Shown here: in pieces, positions 34,332 to 53,226 of the stretch
How the letters are laid out: each line of letters starts with the position of its first letter
How positions within the stretch are numbered: position 1 is the stretch's first letter
Assembly (NCBI RefSeq): GCF_009914755.1
Contig: NC_060928.1
From: the human T2T-CHM13v2.0 reference genome, Homo sapiens
DNA length: 64,000 nt
Reading direction: 5' to 3' (one strand)
Position numbers and translations under genes: made by a program
The notes under the pieces: model-generated
What the model was told of the DNA's origin: nothing
What the model saw: the letters and a program-made list of their open reading frames with translations, nothing else
Database searches by the model: none

Positions 34332-34685
34332 TGTATTAGTCCGTTCTCATGCTGCTAAGAAGACATACCCAAAACTGGGTAATTTATAAAGGAAAGAGGG
34401 TTAATGGACTCACAGTTTCACATGGCTGGGGAGACCTCACAATCATGGCAGAAGACGAAGGAAGGGGAAAGGAACTTCTTACATGGCTGCAGACATGAGG
34501 GCATGTGCAGGAGGACTCCCATTTATAGAACCATCAGATCTCCTGAGACTTATTCACTACCACAAGAACAGTATGGAGGAAAATGCTCCCACCATTCAAT
34601 TATCTCCATCTGGCCTGCCTTTGACATATGGGGTTTATTACAATTCAAGGTGAGATTCCAGTGGGGACACAGCCAAACCATATCA
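34332..34685 (-). mobile_element. THE1-type MaLR solo LTR
   Basis: TGTATTAGTCCGTTCTCATGCTGCT...GGGGACACAGCCAAACCATATCA, ~354 bp. Confidence 0.92.
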
Positions 34686-36227
34686 ACCTTGAAATTAGTA
34701 GTTTCTTAATCTTCTTTAAACATCAGTTTTCTTATCAACAAAATAGATATTATAATAATACTTAACCTCATTTTAGAATTGGGAAGACTATTAACAAATA
34801 TATTACGTAAAATCCCCTGATTAGAAAGGTGTACAGTTATGACTGCAGATTTCCATGCCACTAATTCTGTTTCAGAATGTTGTTCAAAACTATGCCTTCT
34901 AAAACACAATCTTTGGAGAAGATGTACAAGCACTATATGGGAAATTGTGGGAAATTTACATTATATGCCCTAAGTAAATCCAAGAGCAATTACTGAAAGA
35001 ATCACTAGTATAATACCAACAAGGAGATATAAAAACGTCTTCAATTTCTTTTTTAGAATATCAGTTTTATCTAACTATACACAACATTAAATGTTCTGAA
35101 TTCTGTGCAATATTAAATATTTATCTACAAAATAAAGCAAATTTTTAGAGATTAAAGATAACTTCTACATTCATCAAAGTTGAAATATTTCATGGAATTT
35201 TAAATATTTCTCAGTGCATTGTGAGATTTTATTCCAATTGAATATCCTGTTGACATTAATGATATGGGAAACAGCCTGAACTTGATCTTCTAGGCATTTG
35301 ATAATAGCTGATGAAATTTAATCAAGAAAGGATACATTTAAAATATTATTTGGGGAAAATAAATATGAATAAAGTATGTAGGCTGTATTTAAGTGGGAGA
35401 AAAAATAGAATAATAATGGAACTTAAGAGAAATTTAAATTTAAATTGCAGGTGTTGGATGATAATTTTTATTTATTCTGATACCCATTTAACAAGTATTT
35501 AATTGCGTATTATGTGTCAAATATTATTTTGAGCCCTGCATTATATTAGCCTAAATGATCTGTAAATAGCTATGCTGCACTAGGAAGAATATAAATGTTT
35601 TCTACAGGAGTTGGTTGAATTACCAAAAAGACAAAGTAAAATGAAAGACTATGATTTAGTGTATTTTCTCTGTTTCAAGATGACTGACTTCCTAATGGAT
35701 GTTTGATTGGATAGTTGCAATTTCAAACCATTAAGCTGTTTGCAGTGCTGTTTCTGAGTAATAGAAGTCCATTCTTTTTATAAGTGCAATATATTTTAAA
35801 CAATTCTTATGCAAAAGTTCTTTATTTCTATTTTCTATATTTACAAATATAGCTATTCCTTACATCACTTCTTTTACCCAGTTTGAGAAGCACTGACTGA
35901 AGCACTCTATGTCAGAGGTCCTTTAGAGTCAATTATTCCTAATTTAGTCTGTAGTATTTTATATTTTACAAGCATATAATCCTTAAGCTCAGCTAGATTA
36001 TTGGGCCTATTTATTCTGACATTTGATTGGCTCTGGGTTTCCTTTGGTACACCTAATTTTCTCACCCTGGAAGTTTCTCACATTTTTTACCTCAGTTTCT
36101 ACAAGACAGAAGGTAACCGCACCGCCCCCCAGCCCCCACCCACCCCACTCATTGTCACTGCACAGTAAAGGGAACACAGACCCCAAACCATCTAATGCCC
36201 CCCATCAGTTTGTCTGCAATGACTTTC

Positions 36228-36272
<45 letters not shown>

Positions 36273-36506
36273 CTTTAAGTTTTAGGGTACATGTGCACAA
36301 CGTGCAGGTTTGTTATATATGTATACATGTGCCATGTTGGTGTGCTGCACCCATTAACTTGTCATTTAGCATTAGGTATATCTCCTAATGCTATCCCTCC
36401 CCACTACTCCCACCCCACAATAGTCCCCGATGTGTGATGTTCCCCTTCCTGTATCCATGTGTTCTCATTGTTCAATTCCCACCTATGAGTGAGAACATGC
36501 AGTATT
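36228..36506 (-). mobile_element. Short L1PA 3' fragment whose tail has become a (TTA)n microsatellite
   Basis: (TTA)~14 then TACTTTAAGTTTTAGGGTACATGTGCACAACGTGCAGG...GAGTGAGAACATGC. Confidence 0.93.
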
Positions 36507-39268
36507 TTCATCACAGGAGATTCGGAGAATAAGGAGGAGGAGGAGAAGCAGAAAATGGAGGAAGAGGAGCCCAGAGAAGAAGAGGAGAAAGAGGAGGAGG
36601 GGGAGAAGCAGAAGAAGGTGAAGAAGGAGGATAAAAACCCAGCATAAATATCACTATAAAAACCCATTCATGGATTGTATCCATAAGCAACCAGTGTATT
36701 GCCACAACTGTGATAAGACAGTGGCTCTTTGTTGATACTTCCCTTGTAATTGAAAGGCATGGCCTTTTCAAAGAACGTGATGTTTGCTTATAGAAGACAA
36801 GATATCTGTTTTACTTAATTATAAAATATGAAGCCATGTTCTGGTCCATCAGTCTTCTAAAATGGCTTACTGTTCCTGGAGGGTGAGACCATCCCTAGCA
36901 TGAGAAGGTCACTACTGTATTTCTATGCCACCATGCTTGTTCCACCTGTCATACATAATCACCACACTTCCTAACTTGGAGAAGCAGAAAATCATGGGTG
37001 AAATAATGCCTACATTTTGGTGTTCCAACATAAAGTGTATATGCTTTAGGTTTAATTGTAGTTTTTAAATGAGTATATTGACATCTGCCATATCTTACCT
37101 GTTAGTTTGCTGTTTGGTAGTGTGCTTTTGGACTATTAGTTTGCTTTTTGTGCACTAGAACATGAATATCTTAGATCCACTGGAACTGTACCTAATATTG
37201 TTAGAAAAACGAACTAGGGAAGAAATGAGAGGAGGCAGAGAAGAAAAGAAGAAAGGAAGGAAACCGCTTGACATTTTGTAATTAATTAAAGCAGGGTATA
37301 TTTTTTAAATCAGACATAGTTCAGTAGTTACTGAACCATGAGATGGTGCAGTGGCTCATGACTGTAATCCCAGCACTCTGGAAGGCTTAGGCACGAGGAC
37401 CACCTGAAATCAAAAGTTCAAGAACAATGTTGACAAAATTGTGAAACCCATCTCTATAAAAAATAAAATTAAAAATTTAGGCTGGTGCAGTCGTGCGTAC
37501 CTGTGTCTCTAGCTACTTAGGAGTATGAGGGGAGGTTTGCTTGAGCCCTGTAGTTCCAGACTGCAGTTAGCTATGATTGCACCACTGCACTCCAGCCTGG
37601 GTGATGAATGCAGCCTATGTACCTATTAAAAAAAAATAGTCACTGAATCCTATGTAACTTTGTTTCATTGAGAATGTAAAGAGAATGGGTTTGTTTTGTG
37701 CCAGAGAAGAGACCTTATATCTCTGATGCTTAGAAATTTCATGCCAAAAGAACAATTTAAATCTAATATACTTGAATTACATATTTGCCTAAATAAATAA
37801 TTTACATTTTTGTATATTACCTATAGAATACCATAATTTCTAATAGGACTGTTCAAATTAGCATAGATGATTTATCTAAGAAATATTTCCTTTAAAAACT
37901 CACACACAAATTCATTTTATTTTATTTTATTTTACTTTCCTATTTTACTTTAAGTTCTGGGATACGTGTGCAGAACATGCAGATTTGTTGCATTGGTAAA
38001 CGTGTGCCATGGTGGTTTGCTGCACCTATCAACCCATCATCTAGGTTTTAAGCCCCACATGCATTAGCTATTTGCCCTGATGCTCTCCCTCCCTTCCCCA
38101 CCACCAGGCCCTGGTGGGCGTTGTTTCCTTCCCTGAATCAGACACAAATTTAAAACATAATTTCTAATTAGTGGGATCAAGCTAAAGACCATGCGTTTAT
38201 AAATCTCTTAAGTAGTTTTTCTATCTTTAAAGTACACAAAGAGTTTCCTGGACATGTTCTTAAAATTCCGGTTCCAGGTGTACACCACAAGATTCTGACT
38301 CAGTAAGTTTGGAAAAGTAGAATAAGAATCTGCATTTCAACAGCTACTAGCTGATGCTGATCATGATGGTCGCATGTGGCACCCTCTGAGGAACAATGGA
38401 CTGGGCTGTATAACTTATCTGAACTTTAGAAAAGAGTTTTTAATACTCAGTTCTTAGCACATCAAATTCTCCAACCGGTAGAGAGTAGGTGAATGCTTAT
38501 ACATGTTTGCCTATGAATTAAATTAAAATTCTGTTTTTCTCTTTCTGTCTAATATAGTTATTTCAACAAATGGCCTCTATAAATATATATGAACCTCAGA
38601 AAACTCCAGGGAAGTAAATTCAAGTTTCTAAACATAAGAAATCAGTTTTATGTGAGAGATATGTGACCAAGCACCTAGAATCTTTTGACATTAAATATGA
38701 GAATGTTTTTATCATATGATATCCAAAAGATGATTGAATTTTGGCAAATGTTTACATTCACTTTATTACTTAAAACACTCAAAGTCAATGTAAAGGTAAA
38801 AATACAAGATAAATAATGATTTGTAGGAAAACTTTTGAAGTATAGAATGACTCCAATTTTATTATGCCAATTATCACTATTTACTAGAGAATGTGTAAAA
38901 TTTTGATAACATGGTAAGTATTATTTTTGACATAGCGTTGTTCCATCTTGGACATATATTTGTTGAAAAGTAGTAGATGGTATTCTACAGAAACATCTTT
39001 ATCACTGCAATCATTTCTATGCCTGGTTTCCTCCAGCGTGCTTTTCCGTTGTCTGACTCACTCAGGGCTAGACTAACACTGGGATTAGCATGTGATGGGT
39101 CCATTCGCTTTCCGGTTGCTTTGTCTTCACAATGATCTATTGTAAAATCACCTGGTTAAGTTTATTTTTAGAATTTGTAGAGACAGATTTTGGGCATTAC
39201 TTTCCGTCTCAATCATATGATCTCCTAATTGATGCTATTTAGAAAAACAAAAGGGAGATTTCAACGTG

Positions 39269-39276
39269 TTTAAATA
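39269..39276 (+). promoter_or_regulatory. HTN1: HTN1 TATA-like box TTTAAATA
   Basis: Paralogous position to the HTN3 box, just upstream of exon 1. Confidence 0.85.
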
Positions 39277-39451
39277 CATCAGCCATATAGAAAAGGACAT
39301 CTCTTGAGACTTCACTTCAGCTTCACTGACTTCTTGACTCTCCTCTTGAGTAAAAGGTAATATGTTCAAGTACAATCTAATATTATATATTAGCATAAGC
39401 TTTTGTTTGCTAAAATCAATAGTAACCCACTTATGAAAATGTATATTATCT

Positions 39452-39781
39452 ATTTAAATCTAGTTTACTTGAATTGCGTATTTGCCTAAATAAATAATTT
39501 ACATTTTTGTATATTACCTATAGAATACCATAATTTCTAATAGGACTGTTCAAATTAGCATAGATGATTTATCTAATAAATATTTCCTTTAAAAACTCAC
39601 ACACAAATTCATTTTATTTTATTTTATTTTACTTTCTTATTTTACTTTAAGTTCTGGGATACGTGTGCAGAACATGCAGATTTGTTGCATTGGTAAACGT
39701 GTGCCATGGTGGTTTGCTGCACCTATCAACCCATCATCTAGGTTTTAAGCCCCGCATGCATTAGTTATTTGCCCTGATGCT
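39452..39781 (+). repeat. 330-bp direct copy of 37755-38084 inserted in HTN1 intron 1
   Basis: Near-identical sequence from ATTTAAATCT to GCCCTGATGCT; absent from HTN3 intron 1. Confidence 0.93.
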
Positions 39782-41639
39782 GTAATGTGTACAATTTTGT
39801 ACTCGGGATCTGAAGATGACTTCCAGATCTCAATTCCTATGAATTAACACCAGCAATCATCACGCAAAGTAAATTATGTGGAATATGGCAATGTATTACA
39901 TCCTCTCTGATGGTGGGACCTCAATTAACTCTTTTTATTTCCTTGTCTAGATACCTAATATCTACTTTCTTAATTATTAATTCTACATTTAACTTAAAGC
40001 AGGAGTTCAAATTTTACAAGAAGATACTGATAAATTCTCTCTTGGTAAATATATTATTATAAAGGTTTATTTTTAAAAATTTACTTTCTTCTTAATAGGA
40101 AACTATTTTATTACTTTTTTATTGACCTTTCCATCATTTAAAACAGTGCTGTTATAATGCAAAGCATATACTGTGTAAGAGTTAGTCATCTCAATCTTAC
40201 TAATTTGTTTAACTCATTTTCATTCATTTGTGTTATGGCAGAAAAGAAAGAGTTTACTGTTCCAAATTTTTATTGATGTGTTACTTGGGAAATATGTTTT
40301 TCATAACCATTAATTGTATATTGATTATCTATGTTCATTTATCTATCAGTTTATGTGTTAGTAAAAGAAGACCAATTTCTTAGAACCCTTTTTTATTTTG
40401 TACTTGCAACAGAATTGACAATCATTAACAACAGTAAAATTCTCATGCCTTTTGTATCATAAAAAGAGTTGTAGTAGGATTTATATATTAGGTAATAGAA
40501 AAACTTCAAAATACATAATTTTTATAGTTAGTCCTATAGTAGAAGTTTCCATTTAAATGAGTGAAGCAAAATGAACGAATAAATAATATGGTAAATGCCA
40601 TAAATCTTGGGTTCTGCTTTTCATGATAGAGATGTAGGGCTGTTTAAGAGCAGGACATTTTATTATAATTAGATGAAAAATGTTACTGTAATGTTATATC
40701 ACAAATGACAGGAAAGAGAGATTAGAAAAAAATTTTTAAATTACCTATTAATGAATTACTTTATAACTGCAATTAACAGCCAAAAATGCCATGTAACTGT
40801 AAGTCTTGTGGTAATTGTATTTTCCAATGGAAATGCTTTTATTTACGTTTGTAATTTAGAAATAAGTAACCTGCTATACTTTTTTATATCTGCAGAGGAA
40901 CTGGATACACTTGCATATACATAATTATAAAAGCATATCAGAGTCCCAGATGAGGCTAACTTTGTTGAATAATATTATTTGAAATATTGAATAATCTTCA
41001 CCAGTTCAACTTCTCAAAGTAGATACAATCATTTTCCCTGTGAATTCTCTTCATTTTATTTTTCGCTACCCAATATCACTAATGTTCTAATCTCAGGGTT
41101 ACACCATCTGTGGATTCTGTAATAGAACTCTGGCTCATAGTCACTGACTTTATTATAAAGCCAGTCTCCATTGCTTTTCATTCTACTTTCCTAATATCTC
41201 TTTACACTGTACCTTAATTAGCATTCTTAATGTCATTATATAAGTCCCCTGTAGTGTCACAACAACCTAAGTGGTCATCTTTTCTCCAGTTTTGTCCTCC
41301 CTATGTGTTGAACTGTTTGCATTTTTAACATGCTTTCCTCTCTGTTTTATTTCTTTATAGGCTCCCAACACCACCCTTTACTCATTCCATATAATCCAAC
41401 TCAAGCTTGCCTTTCTTCATTACCTTCTTACTCCCATCCTCTTGGTCTGTTTAAGATGTCCATTTGTGTGTTTCATTAGCATATTAATATTTCCAAATCA
41501 GAGCACTCACCTTTACTTATCAATTCATGAGGCCATGCCTGGGGCTCACACCTGTAATCCAAGCATTTTGAGAAGACAAGGCAGGAAGATTCCTAGAGCC
41601 CAGGAGTTTCAGAACTGCCTGGGAAATATAGTGAGACTA

Positions 41640-41852
<213 letters not shown>

Positions 41853-41937
41853 TCATCAATAGAAGTTTGATGAATGAATGCATGAAAGAATGTGATTACT
41901 GATTTTTCATGTTTGATTTTATAGGACTCAGCCAACT

Positions 41938-41988
41938 ATGAAGTTTTTTGTCTTTGCTTTAGTCTTGGCTCTCATGATTTCCATGATT
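41938..41988 (+). CDS. HTN1: HTN1 coding exon 2: MKFFVFALVLALMISMI
   Basis: ATG at 41938; donor gtaagt at 41989. Confidence 0.97.
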
Positions 41989-43182
41989 GTAAGTATATCT
42001 GGAAATTTTAAATACTACATTCTCAGTACTTATCCCAAGTGTCTCTCTTATTCCTTGTGTTCTGGTATATACTCATGTTGACCTCAATACAGCTTTATAA
42101 GCTTTAATATTTCCCTACAAGGAGTTTCTTTGAATTAACTTATGTAAGTTCTTTAAGGACTTGGAATAGATATTCATCACATACCTACAAACACTCAAGT
42201 ACAATTACTTGAATGTAAAAGTAAGAGAAAATTTAGCGAGCTTTTTAAATATGTGGGACTAAGATCTGTGAAAGTATCTTTAAATGTGAAAAGCTCTAGA
42301 CCATCTGAAGTTAGAAATCTGAGGAAAGAAAAAGGTGCACTTCAATGGAACCCAAGTATTAGAGGGTGTCAAAATAGGAATTTTCAAGTCATTTCTTGCA
42401 CAACCTACTCTTAAAGTCAGCATACAATTATTTAATTCTTCCTAAAATAAAGCTGCTTATTTTAAACCATAAAACAAATCTCCATATTTATTAAGTGTCA
42501 TGAGTTCCCAGCTCTATTGTCATTTACTACTGTGTATTAGTAGGAAAAGCACTTGACCTCTTTGGAGCTCTTTCTCCTTCTCTACTTCCACCGCCTCTTC
42601 CTCCTCCTCCTCCTCCTCCTCTTTCTATGAACTTAATAGAAAATTGGTCACAAAAGAATAATAATACTCCAAACTATCCACTAAATTCTAATGAATGTTT
42701 CGAAACTGAATTGGTTATGATATCACAGTTTATCACGTGATTTTATTATAAAAGGATAGAAGTAGAAAAATAAACAAATAAGAACAGAGTAAAGCATAAT
42801 GCCTGTCTCTATCAGCAAATAAAATATTTGTATGTTGGTAGCTTTTGAGCTACATGGAACATATTCATATAAAAAACAATCCAGAGTTTCATTTTTCAGT
42901 TTCCACTCTCTTATTCACCAGTGACAGACTTTTCCTGCCTTACATAAAAAAGATATATAAACCAAAATGAGTTGATATTTGAATATAGCACATTAATTAT
43001 AGCATTTACCCCTCACTCATTTTGAAGATGTCATAAAGCTAAAATAACTAATTTAGTCTGTCATCAACCAAAGAATGCCTCCATTCTGTTTAATCATATA
43101 TGTGGCTAAGTCAATATTTATACTTACTCTTGAATTATAAAATTAAAATATTAATTATTTTCTCATTTTCTTTTTTTCCAAG

Positions 43183-43203
43183 AGCGCTGATTCACATGAA
43201 AAG
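43183..43203 (+). CDS. HTN1: HTN1 exon 3: SADSHEK (S-x-E phosphorylation motif)
   Basis: ccaag|AGCGCTGATTCACATGAAAAG|gtaag. Confidence 0.97.
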
Positions 43204-43281
43204 GTAAGACATTTTCATTTACGGGAAAACTTGATAAATAAACATATATTGAATTTTTAATCTTTTCTTTTTATTTCATAG

Positions 43282-43311
43282 AGACATCATGGGTATAGAA
43301 GAAAATTCCAT
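43282..43311 (+). CDS. HTN1: HTN1 exon 4: RHHGYRRKFH
   Basis: catag|AGACATCATGGGTATAGAAGAAAATTCCAT|gtaagt. Confidence 0.97.
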
Positions 43312-44358
43312 GTAAGTGTTCTTCTGATAATGTGCACTCTAAATAAATTTTCCTCTCTGACTATTTATTCTCCTAGAAGAATCAATAGTTGTCTCTCAAA
43401 TATATCTATATCATTAATTGCTAAAGTGCACATTGATTTCATTTATTTATGATGCAAAGGCAAAAAGTCACAAATATCTTGTGTCCTAAAAGCATTTCAA
43501 CAGAAACTCAATTCCACCTGAAATAAGTCAATTGTCAATTATTCTCTGAGAACTTATCTTTGTCCTGTAAATAATTTCATTGACCTAAAGAATAGTTGAA
43601 ATCCTAATTCTATTAAGTATAACATATGCTTAATAAAGCATAGAGGCTACTCATGTAATGTGGTAAGTTTCTACCTTCTGAATTTTTGAGGATGATACAG
43701 TCTTTAAATTAAACTGACTGTGCTAAATTAGACAGAAAATTGTATTTCTCTAACATTTTTCTCACTGTATGTATATAAAGTCTCATGTTATTTTGACCTG
43801 TAATATCAATATGAATCTGGGTTCTAAAGTTCTCCTTACTAACATAGCAAGTATACATGTTAAAAAAGCACCAAGTAAAAAGATGCATAAAAATGGATGA
43901 AGACTGTTTGTGTTAACAGCAGTGGGTATGAAAGAATGTAGGAGTTGTAAAGGAAAGTAAGATCACTAAAGGAATGACATTAAGAAGCACCACCTAAGTT
44001 GGAAACAGTAACTTAATCCTTTCCATAATACTCAATAGTGAGCAAAATAGTAGCTTGGAGGTAATATTTTAAAGAAGATTTGAACCCTGGTTAGAGAGGT
44101 TACCTATAATCAGTGTTTCCACCTGTGCTATTGTCACAAAAATATCAGCAAACAGTAAATACTTTATCATTTTTACCTACTTTTAGACATTTTTCTGATA
44201 AAAAAGAAAAATGTAAAAGTTTGAAAACATTTATGTAGATAAAATACAAGGTCTTAACAACTTTAGCAATCTAAGCTTTTAATGACAGTTTTTGAGAAAC
44301 ACTTGTACCGTCATTCTCTATTCTCTGCAATTTGCTCTCTCCTTTTGTGTGTATGCAG

Positions 44359-44430
44359 GAAAAGCATCATTCACATCGAGAATTTCCATTTTATGGGGAC
44401 TATGGATCAAATTATCTATATGACAATTGA
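44359..44430 (+). CDS. HTN1: HTN1 exon 5, coding part: [23 protein letters not shown]
   Basis: tgcag|GAAAAG...AAT TGA; 18 nt longer than HTN3 exon 5. Confidence 0.97.
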
Positions 44431-44609
44431 TATCCTTAGTAATCATGGGGCATGATTATAGAGGTAAGCTGACTCTAGTTACTTGTCTTTCTAGAAGTGT
44501 CAACACTGACAGTTTAAAAAAAAAGCCATAAGCTAACAACCATTCCAGTTTAAGAAATGTAGCATGGGTTAGCTCCTTGAAGTGTATTCATTTGTATAAA
44601 TGCTTCTGA

Positions 44610-46392
44610 AGCTGTAGATATGTGGTGTTATTTCTGAGGTCTCTGTTCTGTGCCATTGGTCTGTATGTTGTTTTGGTACTGGTACCATGCTGTTTTGGTA
44701 ACTGTAGCTTTGTAGTATAGTTTGAAGTCAGGTAGTGTGATGCCTTCAGCTTTGTTCTTTTGCTTACAATTGTCTTGGGTATATGAGCTTTTCTTTGGAT
44801 CCATATGAAATTTAAAGTAGTTATTTCTAATTCTGTGAAGAATGTCAATGGTCATTTGATGGGAATAGCATTGAATCTATAAATTACTTTGATCAGTATG
44901 GCCATTTTCATGATAATGATTTTTCTTATCCATGAGAATGGAATGTTTTTCCATTTGTTTGTGTCCTTTCTTATTTCCTTGAGCAGTGGTTTGTAGTTCT
45001 CCTTGAAGAGGTCCTTCACATCCTTTGTTAGCTGTATTTCTAGGTATTTTATTCTCTTTGTAGCAATTGTGAATGGGAGTTCATTCATGATTTGGGTCTC
45101 TGCTTGCCATCTGATATTCAACAAACCTGACAAAACAAGTAATCAAGAAAGGATCTCCTATTGAATAAATGATGCTGAGAAAACTGGGTAGCCATATGCA
45201 GAAAACCGAAACTGGACCCCTTCCTTACACCTTATACAAAAATTAACTCAAGACAGATTAAAAACTTAAATGTAATACCCCAAACCATGAAAACCTGAGA
45301 AGAAAACTTAGGTGATACCATTCAGGACAGCCTTTGGCAAAGACTTCATGTAAAAAAATGCCAAAAGCAATTGCAACAAAAGCCAAAATTGACAAATGGG
45401 ATCTAATTAAACTAAAGAGCTTCTGCACAACAAAAGAAACTATCATCAGAGTGAACAGGCAACCTAGAGAATGGGAGAAAATGTTTGCAATCTACTCATC
45501 TGTCGAGCTCTAATATCCAGAATCTACAAGGAACTTAAACAAATTTACAAGACAAAAACAAACAACCCCATCTAAAAGTGGGCAAAGGACATGAACAGAT
45601 AGTTCTCAGAAGAAGACATTCATGCAGCCAACAAACAAGAAAAAAAGCTTATCATCACTGATCATTAGAGAAATGCAAATAAAAATCACAATGAGATACC
45701 ATCTCACTACCAGTCAGAATGCTGATTATTAAAAAGTCAAGAAACAATAGATGCAGGTGATGCTGTGGAGAGACAAGAACACTTTTACACTGTGTGTGAG
45801 AATGTAAATTAGTTCAACCATTGTGGAAGACAGTATGGTGATTCCTCAAGGATCTAGAACCGGAAATACCATTTGATGCAGCAATCCCATGACTGGGTAT
45901 ATACCCAAAGGAACGTAAATCATTCTACTATAAAGACATATGCCTACATATGTTTATTGCAGCACTATTTACAATAGCAAAGACATGGAACCAACCCAAA
46001 TGACCATTAATGATAGACTGGATAAAGAAAATGTGGTACATATACACCATGGAGTACTATGCAGCCATACAAAGGAATGAGATCCTGTCCTTTGCAGGGA
46101 CATGGATGAAGCTGGAAGCCATCATCCTCAGCAAACTAACACAGGAACAGAAAGGAAACAGCACAAGGTCTCACTCATAAGTGGGAGCTGAACAGTGAGA
46201 ACACGTGAAGACAGGGAGGGGACAACACAAACCAGGGATGGAGGGGAGGGAGTAAGGGAAGGTAACAGAGGACTGATCAATAGGTGCAGCAAACCACCAT
46301 GGCACACATATACCTATGTAACAGAACTGCATGTTCTGCATATGTATTCTAGAACTTAAAGTAAAATTAAAAAATAAAATGAAATAAAATAA
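44610..46392. mobile_element. 5'-inverted L1 in HTN1 intron 5 (same insertion as in HTN3)
   Basis: Inversion junction at ~45106 (TCTGCTTG|CCATCTGAT). TSD AAATGCTTCTGA / AAATGCCTCCGA. Confidence 0.92.
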
Positions 46393-48431
46393 AAATGCCT
46401 CCGAGGGAAAGCTTCTGTTCACCAGTGTTAAGATGCTGAGTTCTGGGTAGGAACTATAGTTCCAGTTCTGACCTGGAACTATTCCTAATCTTCTCCATAC
46501 CTCAGTTTTCTAATCGACAAATACATATTATAATACTACTTAAGCTTTTTATAGAGTTGGAAAGACTATTGAGAGACATTATATAGAAGCCCTTGTTCTG
46601 GAAGGTGTATGGTTGTGGCCATAGGCTTCTCTGCCACTAACACTGTACATGGATGTTATTTGAAGTTTTCTGTCCTAAAATGAAATCTTTGAAGAAGTTG
46701 CACAACCACCATCTGGGAACTCATAAAAAATTTACATTTTATGCCTAAGCAACTCTAATGAGCAATTGCTATAGGAATGACTAATATAACATCAACAAGG
46801 AGATGGGAATTTTCAAGGAAATAGAAAATGGTAACAATTTCCTTTTCATAAAGTCAGTTTTATTTATCTATATTCACAGCATAAAATGTTCCAAAATCTA
46901 TGAGATACTAAAGATTACATTTCAAAATAAAGCAATATTTTGGAGATAACAGAGTACTGTTCTACAATTCAAAGCTGAAATAGTTCAAAAGGTGTCAAAT
47001 ATTTTTTAATGTATTGGGACATTTTATTCATATTGAATTCCTGCTCTTTGTGATATCAGAAAAAGCCTGATCTTTATCCTCCAGGTGTTAGATAATTGCT
47101 GATGACATTTAATCAGGGGAGGATATATTTAAAATATTATTTGGGGGAGATAGATGAAATGTGTAGGCTATATTTAAGTGGAAGAATAAAGTAAGATGAT
47201 GATGGAAAACCTCAAGAAAAATTTAAATTTAATTGCAAATGCTGAATGATAATTTTTATTTATTCTGATACCCACTTAATGAGTATTTAATTGTCTACTC
47301 TATATCAAATAGTATTTTGGTCCCTGCATTATAATAAATAAAACTATCTATAAATACATACTTTCTGCCAGCAAGAGTATAAATTTATTTATAGGAGTAT
47401 CCATTTTGAAGATAAAGTGTTATTTTCTTTTTCTTCACAGGTTTGACTGGCAAATTCACTTTTTACTCATTTATTCTCATTCATCATACCGCATCACACT
47501 ACCACTGCTTTTTGAAGAATTATCATAAGGCAATGGAGAATAAAAGAAAGACCATGATTTAGTGAATTCTGTGTTTCATGATACTTCCCTTCCTAATTAT
47601 CATTTGATTAGATACTTGCAATTTAAACTGTTAAGCTGTTTTCACTGCTGTTTCTGAGTAATAGAAATTCATTCCTCTCCAAAAGCAATAAATTTCTAGC
47701 ACATTATTATGTGTATGCTCTTTATTTCTCTTTTTTATATTTACATATATAAAGATTTCTTTCTTCACTTCGTTTTCCCAGTTTGAGTAGCACTGACTAT
47801 AGTACTTTATACCATAGCTCTTTTGAAATGATTATTTTTAATTTAGCATGTTATATTCATTTTGTGTTACAAACATATGGTCCTCAATCACATCTAGATT
47901 ACTAGACCTACTGATACGAACATTTGATTTGTTTCTGGTGTCCTTTGCCACAGCACATTTCTTAGCCTTGTACATTCCCACATTTCTTATCTCAGGCCCT
48001 ACAGTCCAGAAGATGACCCCCATGTCACTCCACAGCAGTAGGCAGGCACTCAGAACACAAACCATCTAATGCTCTCTATCAGTTTGTCAATATAGCCATT
48101 GAACAAAAATTTATTGAGTGATACCAGCTGTCAGATACTGTTCTAGAGGCTGCAGTCACAGAAAAAGAGTCAGAGCCCTGTTGTCAGAGCTTTTACATTG
48201 CAATTGGGAGATGCAGACAAAAAGTAAACAAAGAACACATGACTTAGGCAATAATAAGTGTGCTAAAGAAGTGTAAAGCAGGACTAGGATATAGAAGCAG
48301 CCTCAAATAGGATAGTCAAGGATAACCTCTCTGGTATAGGTGACCTTTTAGAAAAGATATAATTTAAATATGGGAGTAAGCATGAAGAAAGACATTTTCA
48401 AGCAGAAGAAATAACAAGTACAAATCCATTG

Positions 48432-50331
<1,900 letters not shown>

Positions 50332-50334
50332 ATA

Positions 50335-53225
<2,891 letters not shown>

Positions 53226-53226
53226 T

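Noticed and set aside
36023-36388. ORF with a poly-Tyr run
   Set aside because: Translation of the (TTA)n L1 tail.
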